A stretch of 64,000 bases of DNA from a bacterium (GTDB lineage: Bacteria; Zhuqueibacterota; Zhuqueibacteria; Residuimicrobiales; Krinioviventaceae): NCBI GenBank assembly GCA_963675755.2, contig CAXXMD010000003.1, forward strand, positions 256,001-320,000. The letters are read 5' to 3'. The translations under genes were made by a program, and so were the position numbers. The notes beneath the pieces were generated by a model. The model saw only the letters and a program-made list of their open reading frames with translations, did no database searches and was not told where the DNA came from. Position 1 is the stretch's first letter. Every line of letters starts with the position of its first letter. Below, in pieces: positions 1-9,608 of this stretch.

Positions 1-118
1 AAATATTTTCTAATGCATCATTAATTAATTCATCAGAAAATTTTGTATTAAATATTTTCGTAAAAGCTTGCGCTCTGTTGATTGTTTTGGGAAAGGTATG
101 GAAGAAAATTCTTAACAT
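1..118 (-). CDS. 5' part of an unknown protein running off the window edge (MLRIFFHTFPKTINRAQAFTKIFNTKFSDELINDALENI...)
   Basis: Hand-translated: ATG at 118 with GAGGA just upstream; frame open to position 1. Not in the ORF track. Confidence 0.55.
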   Translation of the reverse strand, partial: MLRIFFHTFPKTINRAQAFTKIFNTKFSDELINDALENI

Positions 119-458
119 TTGTCCTCGTGGTTTAACATAGCCGAATATTCAAAATACTGAGCCACGTAACAAGTTGATAATGTTAATAGTTAAATTATTT
201 GAATATATACAATTGTATTATTCTATATCAAGTTAATATTGTTACTTTATCTAGCAACGCTTGAAATATATAAAAAAAATCTACAAATTTTTACATACAA
301 ATTTTAACATACGCTAATATAAAACTTATCTAAATACGGTGCAATGTTTTTTTCGCTAATTCCATTTTTTTTGTAAAACAATGTAAACAACATTTGTTTA
401 CAATAAGCTCATAAAAAACACCACACTAGACCCAATATTTCTCATTTTGATATATTTT

Positions 459-2018
459 TTATTTAAAAGCAGGATTATATTCACCTCTTTTTTTGAAACC
501 TTTGAATTGTCTCATTCGACTAAAACGCGGATAGCTCTCAAAAATATCTCCATTTCCCGTTACACGGGGATCTCCCTGCTCTTTTAACAATTCGAACAAA
601 CGGTTTTTTAACTCAGAGAGTGTATCTTTATATTCATCCAGCTCAGCCAAATTTTCTATACAATCAGGATCTTTTTCCAGGTCAAACAATTCACTTTCAG
701 GTCGTTTGGCCATTGCCATTTCGAAATATTTTTTATATCCTTTTTTATCCTGATTGTCTATCAACAGTGTTTTGGAGGGGCATGCATCAATATCATGAAA
801 ACCCTCAGGATCACCTGAACCAAAAGGATCACCCGCCGGCCAACGGTCTGGTTTAAAATTGTGGATATATAAATATTTTCCATTATTGATAGCCCGGCTG
901 GGATACCCAAAATTCTCTGGACGGGCATGGGTGTGTCTTTCACGTCCGGTTAGCACATATTCCCTTTCCGCATCTATTGCTCCGGATTTTTCAGAGTACA
1001 ATAATGGCACAAGACTCTTGCCAATCATATCCGGATGAGGCTGTACACCCGCCACTTCAAGAAATGTAGGCGCATAATCAATAAAACTCACCAAATCTGT
1101 TATTTTGCGATTCCCTTTGATCTTTTTGGGCCAGCGCATAGCCAGAGGTAAATGGGTACCATGATCATACAAGTTGGCTTTGGCTCTTGGAAATGGCATT
1201 CCATTGTCAGCGGTTACTACAACCAGAGTGTTTTCCAGTTCGCCATTCTTTTCCAGCAATTCCAGGATGCGAGCCAAATGCATGTCAAACCACTCTATCT
1301 CTACTGCAAAATCGAGCATGTCGCTGCGAATTTCAAGTACATCCGGTAAATATTTGGGAACATCAACATCATCAGGATTTTTCCCCTTTTGTATGCCTGC
1401 ACCTTTTAAATAAGAACGATGCGGCTCATGCGCGCCAAACCAAAAGAAAAAGGGTTGGGTTTTATCACGATTCTCAAAAAAAGATTCAAAATTTGAAGCA
1501 TAGTCAGTATTGCTTATCCCCTTGGGTGCTTCCATCTGTTTTTCATTATATTCCGGCCCCACAGGATTACGAGTCCACCCTGCATCTTTCCAGTTACCCG
1601 GTGCCCACGGTTTACCGGTGTAACCCAACTGGTATCCCGATTCTTCAAGCATGTCTGTAAAAACCGTAAACTTTTTTGGAAACAAGCTGGCGTGTGTACC
1701 GGCTTCTTCAAGCTGCCAGATATTTCGACTGGTAAGAATTGACGCGCGTGAGGGACTGCATTGAGGAGCTACAGCGTACGCTCGTTCAAAAAGTACACCT
1801 TCTTTGGCTACACGGTCAAATGCAGGAGTGTTTACATACTTGCACCCTGAAATCCCTGTATACTTCCAGGTCTGATCATCTGATATTGCAAACAAAATAT
1901 TGGGAGGCGATGCTTTTGGTTTTGTGCAACTGTTCAAAGAAAGAATAGAAAACCCCGCTAAACTTGTCCCCATTCGTTTAAAAAACTCTCGTCTTTGCAT
2001 TGTTTGCATATCAGACAC
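459..2018 (-). CDS. Cys-type sulfatase, probable Tat-exported lipoprotein
   Basis: PNILFAISDD, CSPSRASILT formylglycine motif, YTGK, ADNG; RREFFK twin-Arg signal and LNSC lipobox. Confidence 0.92.
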   Translation of the reverse strand: MSDMQTMQRREFFKRMGTSLAGFSILSLNSCTKPKASPPNILFAISDDQTWKYTGISGCKYVNTPAFDRVAKEGVLFERAYAVAPQCSPSRASILTSRNIWQLEEAGTHASLFPKKFTVFTDMLEESGYQLGYTGKPWAPGNWKDAGWTRNPVGPEYNEKQMEAPKGISNTDYASNFESFFENRDKTQPFFFWFGAHEPHRSYLKGAGIQKGKNPDDVDVPKYLPDVLEIRSDMLDFAVEIEWFDMHLARILELLEKNGELENTLVVVTADNGMPFPRAKANLYDHGTHLPLAMRWPKKIKGNRKITDLVSFIDYAPTFLEVAGVQPHPDMIGKSLVPLLYSEKSGAIDAEREYVLTGRERHTHARPENFGYPSRAINNGKYLYIHNFKPDRWPAGDPFGSGDPEGFHDIDACPSKTLLIDNQDKKGYKKYFEMAMAKRPESELFDLEKDPDCIENLAELDEYKDTLSELKNRLFELLKEQGDPRVTGNGDIFESYPRFSRMRQFKGFKKRGEYNPAFK

Positions 2019-2026
2019 CTCCGGAT

Positions 2027-2602
2027 TTATTCTAATAAATTTGCCTTTTTGTATTTTTTTATTGAAGCTTGAGTGCCTTTATCCAGAATATAGGTCAAAG
2101 CCTGAGAAGATTTTTCAATAACAAGTGGAAGATCTTTTTTCTCATCAGGTTTAAATCCACCCAATACATACGCGGAAACATCTTCACCTTCTGCGGGACG
2201 AGACACGCCAATTCTGAATCGATAAAAATCACGGGTTCCCAGTCTTTGTGCTATGGATTTCAATCCATTGTGTCCGCCAAGCCCGCCGCCTTTTTTAACA
2301 TCCAGGTAGCCAAAGTCAAGTTCAATATCATCATAAACCACAAGCAACTCTTCCGGTTTTATTTTGAAAAAATGCAAAAGCTCTTGAACGGAATCACCGC
2401 TTTTGTTCATATAGGTTAACGGTTTCAGGAAATAAACCCGTTCTCCGTTAAACACCTGCACCGCGTACACACCTTTGAACTTTTTTACCCAGCTAAGCTG
2501 TTGTAAAAACTGACAGCATTCCGATATCATCCAACCCATATTATGGCGGGTACCGGAATATTTTTCACCGGGATTTCCTAAAAACGTTACAAATCTGAAC
2601 AT
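2027..2602 (-). CDS. pth: Peptidyl-tRNA hydrolase
   Basis: LGNPG..Y..TRHNMG, KPLTYMNKSG, GGHNGLKSI, RFRIGV. Confidence 0.96.
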   Translation of the reverse strand: MFRFVTFLGNPGEKYSGTRHNMGWMISECCQFLQQLSWVKKFKGVYAVQVFNGERVYFLKPLTYMNKSGDSVQELLHFFKIKPEELLVVYDDIELDFGYLDVKKGGGLGGHNGLKSIAQRLGTRDFYRFRIGVSRPAEGEDVSAYVLGGFKPDEKKDLPLVIEKSSQALTYILDKGTQASIKKYKKANLLE

Positions 2603-2636
2603 AAATAGTCTTTCATTTTAGTTTAATATATTTACA

Positions 2637-3353
2637 TCAAAAAGCAAAAGAAAAATGAACCATTAAAGGTTGAGATGATTCAGGCGCTTTGCATTCCACA
2701 AGCTCGGAAAATCCTTTGCCAATCAATGTGCCCAAAACGGCCCCGGCTACCACATCCGAAAACCAGTGCCAGTTTGAATGGATTCGCTGCAAGCCTGTTA
2801 CTGTTGCCATGGTATATGCAGGCACTCCAACATCCGCTCCATACAGTTCATACAAAACTGAAGCTACAACAAACGAGCTTGATGTATGCCCCGATGGAAA
2901 CGAATACTTGTTCTGCTTACCCGGTCGCTCACGTTTAACCAGAGATTTTACCGCAAAGGTAAATACACCATTTACGATAAATGCTTCATTGTAAACCTGA
3001 AGATAATCTTTAAACTCTTCCTTGGGGCGGTTACTGCTCCAATACTCTGCTGCAATAAAAGCATTTCCAACGATCCAATTCCATCCATTTCCATACATAT
3101 CAGCAACATGCGATACAGGTCCGGGCATCAACCTGCCCTGAAAGCTGTTTTTCACAGTATGATCAAAATATGCCGCTCCGGCTATTCCGCCGGCAGCCAG
3201 CAAATAATATGGATCATTAAAGCTGTTATGTACTCCATCCCCTAAACGATGAATATAATCTTCGGTCCTGCTTGCAAATGACGCAGAGGTGCATTGCGTG
3301 GTAATTAATAATAATAGAAAATATACAGAATATCTGCATAATGAGCAATTCAT
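2637..3353 (-). CDS. PAP2-family phosphatase
   Basis: KSLVKRERP, SFPSGH, RIHSNWHWFSDV motifs. Confidence 0.88.
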   Translation of the reverse strand: MNCSLCRYSVYFLLLLITTQCTSASFASRTEDYIHRLGDGVHNSFNDPYYLLAAGGIAGAAYFDHTVKNSFQGRLMPGPVSHVADMYGNGWNWIVGNAFIAAEYWSSNRPKEEFKDYLQVYNEAFIVNGVFTFAVKSLVKRERPGKQNKYSFPSGHTSSSFVVASVLYELYGADVGVPAYTMATVTGLQRIHSNWHWFSDVVAGAVLGTLIGKGFSELVECKAPESSQPLMVHFSFAF

Positions 3354-3356
3354 AAT

Positions 3357-4343
3357 TTATCCAAAAGGTTGAATTACAGTAATATCATTGAATATGGTTT
3401 GTATATCAGATAAATTTGAAGATTGAAACAACAATTTAACATTAGGGCCCGCGTCAATAGTTATATATACCGGTATTCCCTGCGCTCTCATTTGCCAAAC
3501 CTTGTGAAAGACAGCTACGGTTTCCGGCTGCCAATACAAGACCGGCGGCCAGGTATCGATCATGGTGGCATGCATAGCCAGCGCATTCGATTCGCTTGTC
3601 TTGCCCAGCAAATCAAAATCCTGTACTTTTAATGCAGTCAGAATCGCATCCAAATCATTTTCAACCCGCTTGGGCCAGTTTTCATAAAAAACAGAAGTAT
3701 CTACCGTTCGGTTCATGGCGTCACGGGAACTGACTGGCTTTTCAGATTCGGTTACATGCACAATGCCAATACAAAAGCCCGGCCAATCAAACGACAATCG
3801 CTTTGCAAAGCTGTCCATACCATTATCAAGCTCTCCTCTGTTCCACAAAACAAATCCCTGATAAATGGAACGACAAGCGCTGCCGCTTCCCATTCTGGCA
3901 AGGACCGATAACTGGTCTTTGCTCAATACGCCACCCAAAAGATCATTGATGGCCATAACCAGGGCCGCATATCCCGAAGCGGACGATGCAAGTCCCGCTG
4001 CCGTGGGGATATTGTTTTCTGTTTCTATTGTAAAAAATTGACCGCTGGGCCTAAACATGTCTAAAAACGCAATCAATCGTTTCACAAAAACAGATTCAGA
4101 ATTTAACGAGGCATGATTCAATAAAACACTGTCTGCTTTACGATTGAGAGAAATTACAGTGCGTGTACCCAAATCACCCAAAGATATAGACAGGCTCGAG
4201 GTTACAGGTAAATTCAACGATTTATCCCGCTTGCCCCAATATTTGCACAAGGCAATATTAGATGGAGCAAAAGCTGCACCTGTTTCTTTTACAGGTTCAA
4301 TAGTGCCCGGCAGGAATTGTTTGACAATATCGAATTTATTCAA
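3357..4343 (-). CDS. mvaD: Diphosphomevalonate decarboxylase
   Basis: NIALCKYWGKRD, PTAAGLASSASG, GSGSACRS, DAGPNVK. Confidence 0.96.
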   Translation of the reverse strand: MNKFDIVKQFLPGTIEPVKETGAAFAPSNIALCKYWGKRDKSLNLPVTSSLSISLGDLGTRTVISLNRKADSVLLNHASLNSESVFVKRLIAFLDMFRPSGQFFTIETENNIPTAAGLASSASGYAALVMAINDLLGGVLSKDQLSVLARMGSGSACRSIYQGFVLWNRGELDNGMDSFAKRLSFDWPGFCIGIVHVTESEKPVSSRDAMNRTVDTSVFYENWPKRVENDLDAILTALKVQDFDLLGKTSESNALAMHATMIDTWPPVLYWQPETVAVFHKVWQMRAQGIPVYITIDAGPNVKLLFQSSNLSDIQTIFNDITVIQPFG

Positions 4344-5268
4344 CGCGCAACCCTTCTCTACTTATTGACAGCGGCAACGTCTGATAGACGGGGAGAGTAC
4401 CTTTTCCTATAGAAACAATGCAGTCTCCCAGTCCTGATCCTGAAATCTTTGAGCCCCAAATGCCATCCTGCGCTCGTAGCGAGTAATTAATATCGGCAAG
4501 CAATTTATTGCTTACTCCAATGGCATCCATTAATCCCTGGTTCACATTCAGGATCTGTCCAAAGGATTTAAAATCATGTTTCTTCAAAACCTGCATTGCC
4601 TGTTCAACACTCGTATCCATAAGATCAAATATTTCATTATATAATTTCGGTTGAACATTATAACCCGTGTTCACAATTTCTATCACTTTAACTGTGGGTA
4701 ATTTGCTGCCCGAATAAACCACGGTAATAGGAAAAACCACGTCCAGAGGGTCTATCTCCAACGGTTCCATGCGATAACTCACAACACCACCAAAAACACT
4801 GGCAGCAAGGTCAGCTCCTGAACCTGTACCTTGAACCGCATGTATGACCTTTAAACCCTGGTCAAAGATTTGCCGTTTTATAATCTTTTTACCTGCGAGT
4901 TGACAAATGCCTCCCAGCATTGCGGCAGTTACCGCCGCGGAAGAACCCAGCCCAACCTGGTCTGAAAAATCTGTGGTTATCAAAAGATCAAACCCAAACT
5001 CCAACTCTTGCCCATAAAATCGTATTGCTTCCAGTATGAATCTAAATTTTGGATGATCACTCAACATTTCAAGGGTACTATTGTATTCTCCAAGATCTGA
5101 TTTGATATGAATTTCAGAATCATCACGTTTTGAAAAATCAAGATACATCCGCTGATCTACAGCGCAAACCAATGCCCGTCTTCCACGCAGAACGGCATGC
5201 TCTCCTAAAAGAAATAATTTACCAGGGGCAGATACCCTAAATGATTTTTGCACCTTTTTCCTCAACAC
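4336..5268 (-). CDS. GHMP kinase, probable phosphomevalonate kinase
   Basis: SAPGKLFLLGEHAV, GLGSSAA, QGTGSGAD, KISGSGLGDC; lies between mvk and mvaD. Confidence 0.85.
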   Translation of the reverse strand: MLRKKVQKSFRVSAPGKLFLLGEHAVLRGRRALVCAVDQRMYLDFSKRDDSEIHIKSDLGEYNSTLEMLSDHPKFRFILEAIRFYGQELEFGFDLLITTDFSDQVGLGSSAAVTAAMLGGICQLAGKKIIKRQIFDQGLKVIHAVQGTGSGADLAASVFGGVVSYRMEPLEIDPLDVVFPITVVYSGSKLPTVKVIEIVNTGYNVQPKLYNEIFDLMDTSVEQAMQVLKKHDFKSFGQILNVNQGLMDAIGVSNKLLADINYSLRAQDGIWGSKISGSGLGDCIVSIGKGTLPVYQTLPLSISREGLRVE

Positions 5269-6235
5269 TTATGGGAAATGCAGAATACCCAAATTTATCA
5301 ATAATATCCGGATCAACCTTTCCGGTATACATAACAATACCCGCGTTATCACCTCTTACCGCACCGGCTCCACATATTTTTGCCGCGCCGCCCAAATCTT
5401 GCACAATGGATATAAATTTTTGGACCTTTTCTGGTACCACTCCAATTTGGGTCAAAAGAGTATGGTTGTTACGTATAGTTTCTAAAAATCTATTTTCATT
5501 CTGCAATTCCAAAGATGCTTGCATCGTTTCAGTAACATCTTTGAACTCAGACCAAATACCGCTGTTTGTAAAATTTTCTCTTACGGCGTTAACACATTCG
5601 CCGGTCCCTGAAACCGGGTTCCCGGTATAGGCAATATTCAGTTCCCATACGGGTGATTGTATTTTTTCTGCCTGCTTGTTCTGGTATTTTACACACCCTC
5701 CATGCAGGGCAATATATGGATCAACACCACTGGAACGGCCATGCAGCAGATTTTCTGCTTCTAATGCAAGATTATAAAACTGTCCATCATCTTTTATATG
5801 TAAATGTGTGGCCATAGCCAATAGTGAGCTTACAATAACAGATGCCGAAGATCCCATACCACCCCCGATCGGTAGTTGGGATGAAACTGTTAAATCGAAT
5901 CCTTCATCCAGAGTCAAATTGTAAATTTCTGAAAAGCCGGTAATCAAATAAACAAACAAATGAATAGGATCACCCAATACCTGATTGGCTTCAATTTGTC
6001 CATTTAAAAATTTTTTATATTTCTTTTTTAATTCATCCCTGATCGCGGATAATTCTGTAATCGATACGCTTTTATCAATCCCAAGATCAGGTAAATGAAT
6101 CACAATATCTTTAACTTTTAATGGTTTAATCTGGCATGTTGAAAACCGGTCCACGGCCATGACCAAAGCCGGATTTCCATAGACAACCGCATGCTCTCCA
6201 CTGATAATGATTTTACCGGGAGCAACAGCCCTCAC
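5237..6235 (-). CDS. mvk: Mevalonate kinase
   Basis: APGKIIISGEHAVVYG, PIGGGMGSSA, HGRSSGVD, KICGAG. Confidence 0.92.
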   Translation of the reverse strand: MRAVAPGKIIISGEHAVVYGNPALVMAVDRFSTCQIKPLKVKDIVIHLPDLGIDKSVSITELSAIRDELKKKYKKFLNGQIEANQVLGDPIHLFVYLITGFSEIYNLTLDEGFDLTVSSQLPIGGGMGSSASVIVSSLLAMATHLHIKDDGQFYNLALEAENLLHGRSSGVDPYIALHGGCVKYQNKQAEKIQSPVWELNIAYTGNPVSGTGECVNAVRENFTNSGIWSEFKDVTETMQASLELQNENRFLETIRNNHTLLTQIGVVPEKVQKFISIVQDLGGAAKICGAGAVRGDNAGIVMYTGKVDPDIIDKFGYSAFPISVEEKGAKII

Positions 6236-7401
6236 TCTATCTCCTGATAGATGCGTTTCTGGTTCTGAATACCCGCCAATCGAAATCGACCGGTATGGTG
6301 TTTTTCTATTTCAATATCTTTATCAGATTTGGTATAGGCATTGTAAAATTCCGAGTATTCCGCGTATGTTAGAGATTTTCGATTGCTCAAAAAGTCCTGA
6401 CGTTCTTTTGTGTGCAAATATTTTTCATACCCCGATAAAATTTCGCCACTGAAAAACTCGCCCACACATCCGGAGCCATAACTGAACAAACCAATGGTTT
6501 TTCCGGTCAGATCACTGGAAGTATTGTCGAGTAGAGACAATAGCCCCAAAAACAATGACGCGGCATAGGTATTGCCAACAATTCGGTTATACACCAAAGA
6601 GTTTTCAATCTGGGCCATAATCTCTTCTTCAGTCATTTCTTTTTCGCAAAACGTTTTTGCGAGATGTAAATGCGCCTTTTCTCCCATACGGGAAAAAGGT
6701 AAATGATAACAAAAATAATCACAATCAGGATATGTTCTTCCGGATTCTCTGCTGTATTGCTGCCACGATTCGGATAATGCTTTTAAATACATCTTGATCG
6801 AAAATTTGCCATCTACCAGTGCCTCATCGCGATAGTTGGGGCGCCAAAAATCCATCACATCCTCGGTAAACATGCCCGATTCCGGGTGGAAAACAAGAAT
6901 ACGTGGATTTGCAGATATCACCATGGCCACGGCACCGGCGCCCTGGGTAGGTTCACCTGCAGAACCCAGACCATATCTGGCAATATCAGAAGCAACAACC
7001 AATATCTTTCTATCTGGTTTGGCATAAACATAAGGCAATGCCATTTGAATAGCAGCAGCACCGCTATAACAGGCTTGTTTGAGCTCAAACACTCTGCAAT
7101 TTTTATTTAAATTTAACAATTGATGTAAATATACACCTGCGGCTTTAGATTGGTCGATCCCTGATTCTGTGGCAAACATGACGGTATCAATTTTTTCCTT
7201 GTCAATACCTTCAAGTGCCTTGAACGCGGCATTTGCGGCCAGAGTTACTACATCTTCATCAGGAGGTGGTGTAGACATTTTTTCCTGTCCTATTCCACTG
7301 TAATATTTAGATACCGGTATGTTGCGTTCGTTTGCAATCTCTTCCAGATCCAGATAATAATGTGATGTAGCAAAATCAATTGATTCGATTCCAACTTTCA
7401 T
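6232..7401 (-). CDS. mvaS: HMG-CoA synthase
   Basis: ATESGIDQSKAA, ELKQACY catalytic Cys, GEPTQGAGAVAM, FSYGSG. Confidence 0.96.
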   Translation of the reverse strand: MKVGIESIDFATSHYYLDLEEIANERNIPVSKYYSGIGQEKMSTPPPDEDVVTLAANAAFKALEGIDKEKIDTVMFATESGIDQSKAAGVYLHQLLNLNKNCRVFELKQACYSGAAAIQMALPYVYAKPDRKILVVASDIARYGLGSAGEPTQGAGAVAMVISANPRILVFHPESGMFTEDVMDFWRPNYRDEALVDGKFSIKMYLKALSESWQQYSRESGRTYPDCDYFCYHLPFSRMGEKAHLHLAKTFCEKEMTEEEIMAQIENSLVYNRIVGNTYAASLFLGLLSLLDNTSSDLTGKTIGLFSYGSGCVGEFFSGEILSGYEKYLHTKERQDFLSNRKSLTYAEYSEFYNAYTKSDKDIEIEKHHTGRFRLAGIQNQKRIYQEIE

Positions 7402-7413
7402 AAATAACCTTTT

Positions 7414-8451
7414 TCAGATAATATCGTTCCAGTTTATAATTAATGAAAAATTACGATGTAATGATTTTATATTTTTCATACCCAGCAAAAACATTGCTGT
7501 TACAAATTCTTTTTTCAAGCGTTCAATCACCTCAATGACTTTGTCTGGCGATTCCATTGCAGGTTTTAAAAAAGGTTTGGCAATACCACATAATGTTGCT
7601 CCCAACACTACTGATTTTACCATGTCGATACCGTTCCGCACACCGCCGGATGCCGTCAATGTAATATTATTGTGATATTTTGCCAGTTTTCCAAGAGAGA
7701 CAGGAGTAGGTATTCCCCAATCCTGAAACAGCTCACCTAGATCTCCACCATCATTATTCCGATAATTTTCAATACGGCTCCACGAGGTGCCACCAGTTCC
7801 GGCAACATCAATATACCGAACACCAGCTTCAATCAGTAATTCAGCATCAACATCAGATATACCGGCACCAACCTCTTTGACAATCAGCGGTACGTTCAGA
7901 TCATTAACAATATCAGATATTTTACTTTTCAACCCGGAAAAATCAGTATCTCCTTCCGGTTGTATAGCCTCCTGTAATGGATTCAGATGAAAGTACAACG
8001 CATCTGCATCCAATATATCAATAGCACGTTTACAATGTAACAGATCAAAACCATAATTGAGTTGAACAGCACCTAAATTGGCAAACAACAAGATATCTGG
8101 GGCAAAAGATCTCAGATCAAAACTCTTTTCGGCCTGGGTATTTTTAAACATAACCCGCTGAGAGCCAACACCCATGGCAACACCGGTCTTCTGGGCCGCA
8201 ATAGCACAATTTTTATTAATTGTTCTCACCAGATCATGATCTCCACCCGTCATGGATGAAATCAACAATGGAAAGGATAGACGTTTTCCCATATAGACAA
8301 CAGAAGGATCAACTTCTTGAATAGAGATTTCTGGCAATGCCCGGTGAGTCAGCCGGATAGAGTCAAAATAGTTCTTTCCCCTGTCTATATGTTCTTTATC
8401 ATTAACAATATTGATGTGTTGAACTTTGCGCTCATTGGTGAGGTCGCTCAT
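7414..8451 (-). CDS. fni: Type 2 (FMN) isopentenyl-diphosphate isomerase
   Basis: SSMTGG, GVGSQR, HLNPLQEAIQPEGD, VKEVGAG, GTGGTSW. Confidence 0.96.
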   Translation of the reverse strand: MSDLTNERKVQHINIVNDKEHIDRGKNYFDSIRLTHRALPEISIQEVDPSVVYMGKRLSFPLLISSMTGGDHDLVRTINKNCAIAAQKTGVAMGVGSQRVMFKNTQAEKSFDLRSFAPDILLFANLGAVQLNYGFDLLHCKRAIDILDADALYFHLNPLQEAIQPEGDTDFSGLKSKISDIVNDLNVPLIVKEVGAGISDVDAELLIEAGVRYIDVAGTGGTSWSRIENYRNNDGGDLGELFQDWGIPTPVSLGKLAKYHNNITLTASGGVRNGIDMVKSVVLGATLCGIAKPFLKPAMESPDKVIEVIERLKKEFVTAMFLLGMKNIKSLHRNFSLIINWNDII

Positions 8452-9500
8452 TATCTCTCCATAGACTCATGCGTTTGCATCAGTTCTCCGGGGTTTGTCA
8501 ATGCTGCAAGTAATGACAATTCTCCACATAAAACTGTGGCTGCGGCAATTACGGCAAGGCGCTTTGCATTAGCGCCGGGTTCTCTTTTTTCATTACAGCC
8601 CAATAATTCAAGATTTTTGCTTACAAACTCTAAATCTTTACCATTGCCTACCGTACCCACAATTAAATGGGGTAAGGTGACTGAAAAATACAGGTCTCCA
8701 TTCCGCTCTTGAGCTAAAACAAAACCCTGAGAACCTTCTACAATATTGGCAGCATCCTGACCTGTAGCCAGATAAAATGCCAGTAACATATTGGCAAAAT
8801 GGGCATTTGCACTGCGTAATCCGCCTGCCAACATTGAACCAACCAGATTCTTTTTTATATTCAGATCAACAATCTTTTCAGGCGTTGTTTTCAGGTAACG
8901 GGTGCAGAGTTTTCTTGGAATTGTTACCTCTGCAATAACATTGCGTCCACGTCCCAATATTCCATTCACTGCAGACACTTTTTTATCTGAACAGAAATTA
9001 CCTGATACAGAAACATATTCCAGTTTTTCAAATTCATTCAACAGCCACACCAGAAAAGCATCGGCAGCTTTGGTCACCATATTATGGCCGGAAGCATCTC
9101 CTGATTGAATTTCAAGACGAATGTACAGCAAATTTGCTGTCAATTGATGATGTATATCCAAAAATGTTGCAAAACGACTTGTGGATTCTACTACGGCTTT
9201 GACCTTTTCGCGATTTGCATGCAAATACTGCACTACATTCAAAGCATATACTGCATCGGGAGCTTCTACCAATACAGATCTTGACATCCGGTCATCTACA
9301 ACAACAGCCTGAATACCACCCGAACGTAACGTAACACGGGCACCACGATTGGTAGAAGGCCATAATGGAGATTCAAAAGTGGCCATAGGAACCACTATTT
9401 CTTCGTTCACTACTGGTCCGTTAATTAACACAGGACCTATGGTCTGCATTGGAATTTGTGCAAATTGTTCGGGATGTTCTCCCATGAATTGATTACTCAC
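8451..9500 (-). CDS. HMG-CoA reductase, short soluble class I-like bacterial form
   Basis: VPMATFESPLWPS, GDASGHNM, SGNFCSDKK, TGQDAANIVEGS, GELSLLAA; GTG start. Confidence 0.93.
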   Translation of the reverse strand: MSNQFMGEHPEQFAQIPMQTIGPVLINGPVVNEEIVVPMATFESPLWPSTNRGARVTLRSGGIQAVVVDDRMSRSVLVEAPDAVYALNVVQYLHANREKVKAVVESTSRFATFLDIHHQLTANLLYIRLEIQSGDASGHNMVTKAADAFLVWLLNEFEKLEYVSVSGNFCSDKKVSAVNGILGRGRNVIAEVTIPRKLCTRYLKTTPEKIVDLNIKKNLVGSMLAGGLRSANAHFANMLLAFYLATGQDAANIVEGSQGFVLAQERNGDLYFSVTLPHLIVGTVGNGKDLEFVSKNLELLGCNEKREPGANAKRLAVIAAATVLCGELSLLAALTNPGELMQTHESMER

Positions 9501-9608
9501 TTTTGTTTCGAATTAATCTACTAATTTAGAGTTTTTTTTAATTTATCCAAGATTTAATCTGTATAAACAGCAAGAATATTCGAACAAAATCCCCCTTGAA
9601 AAAATTCT

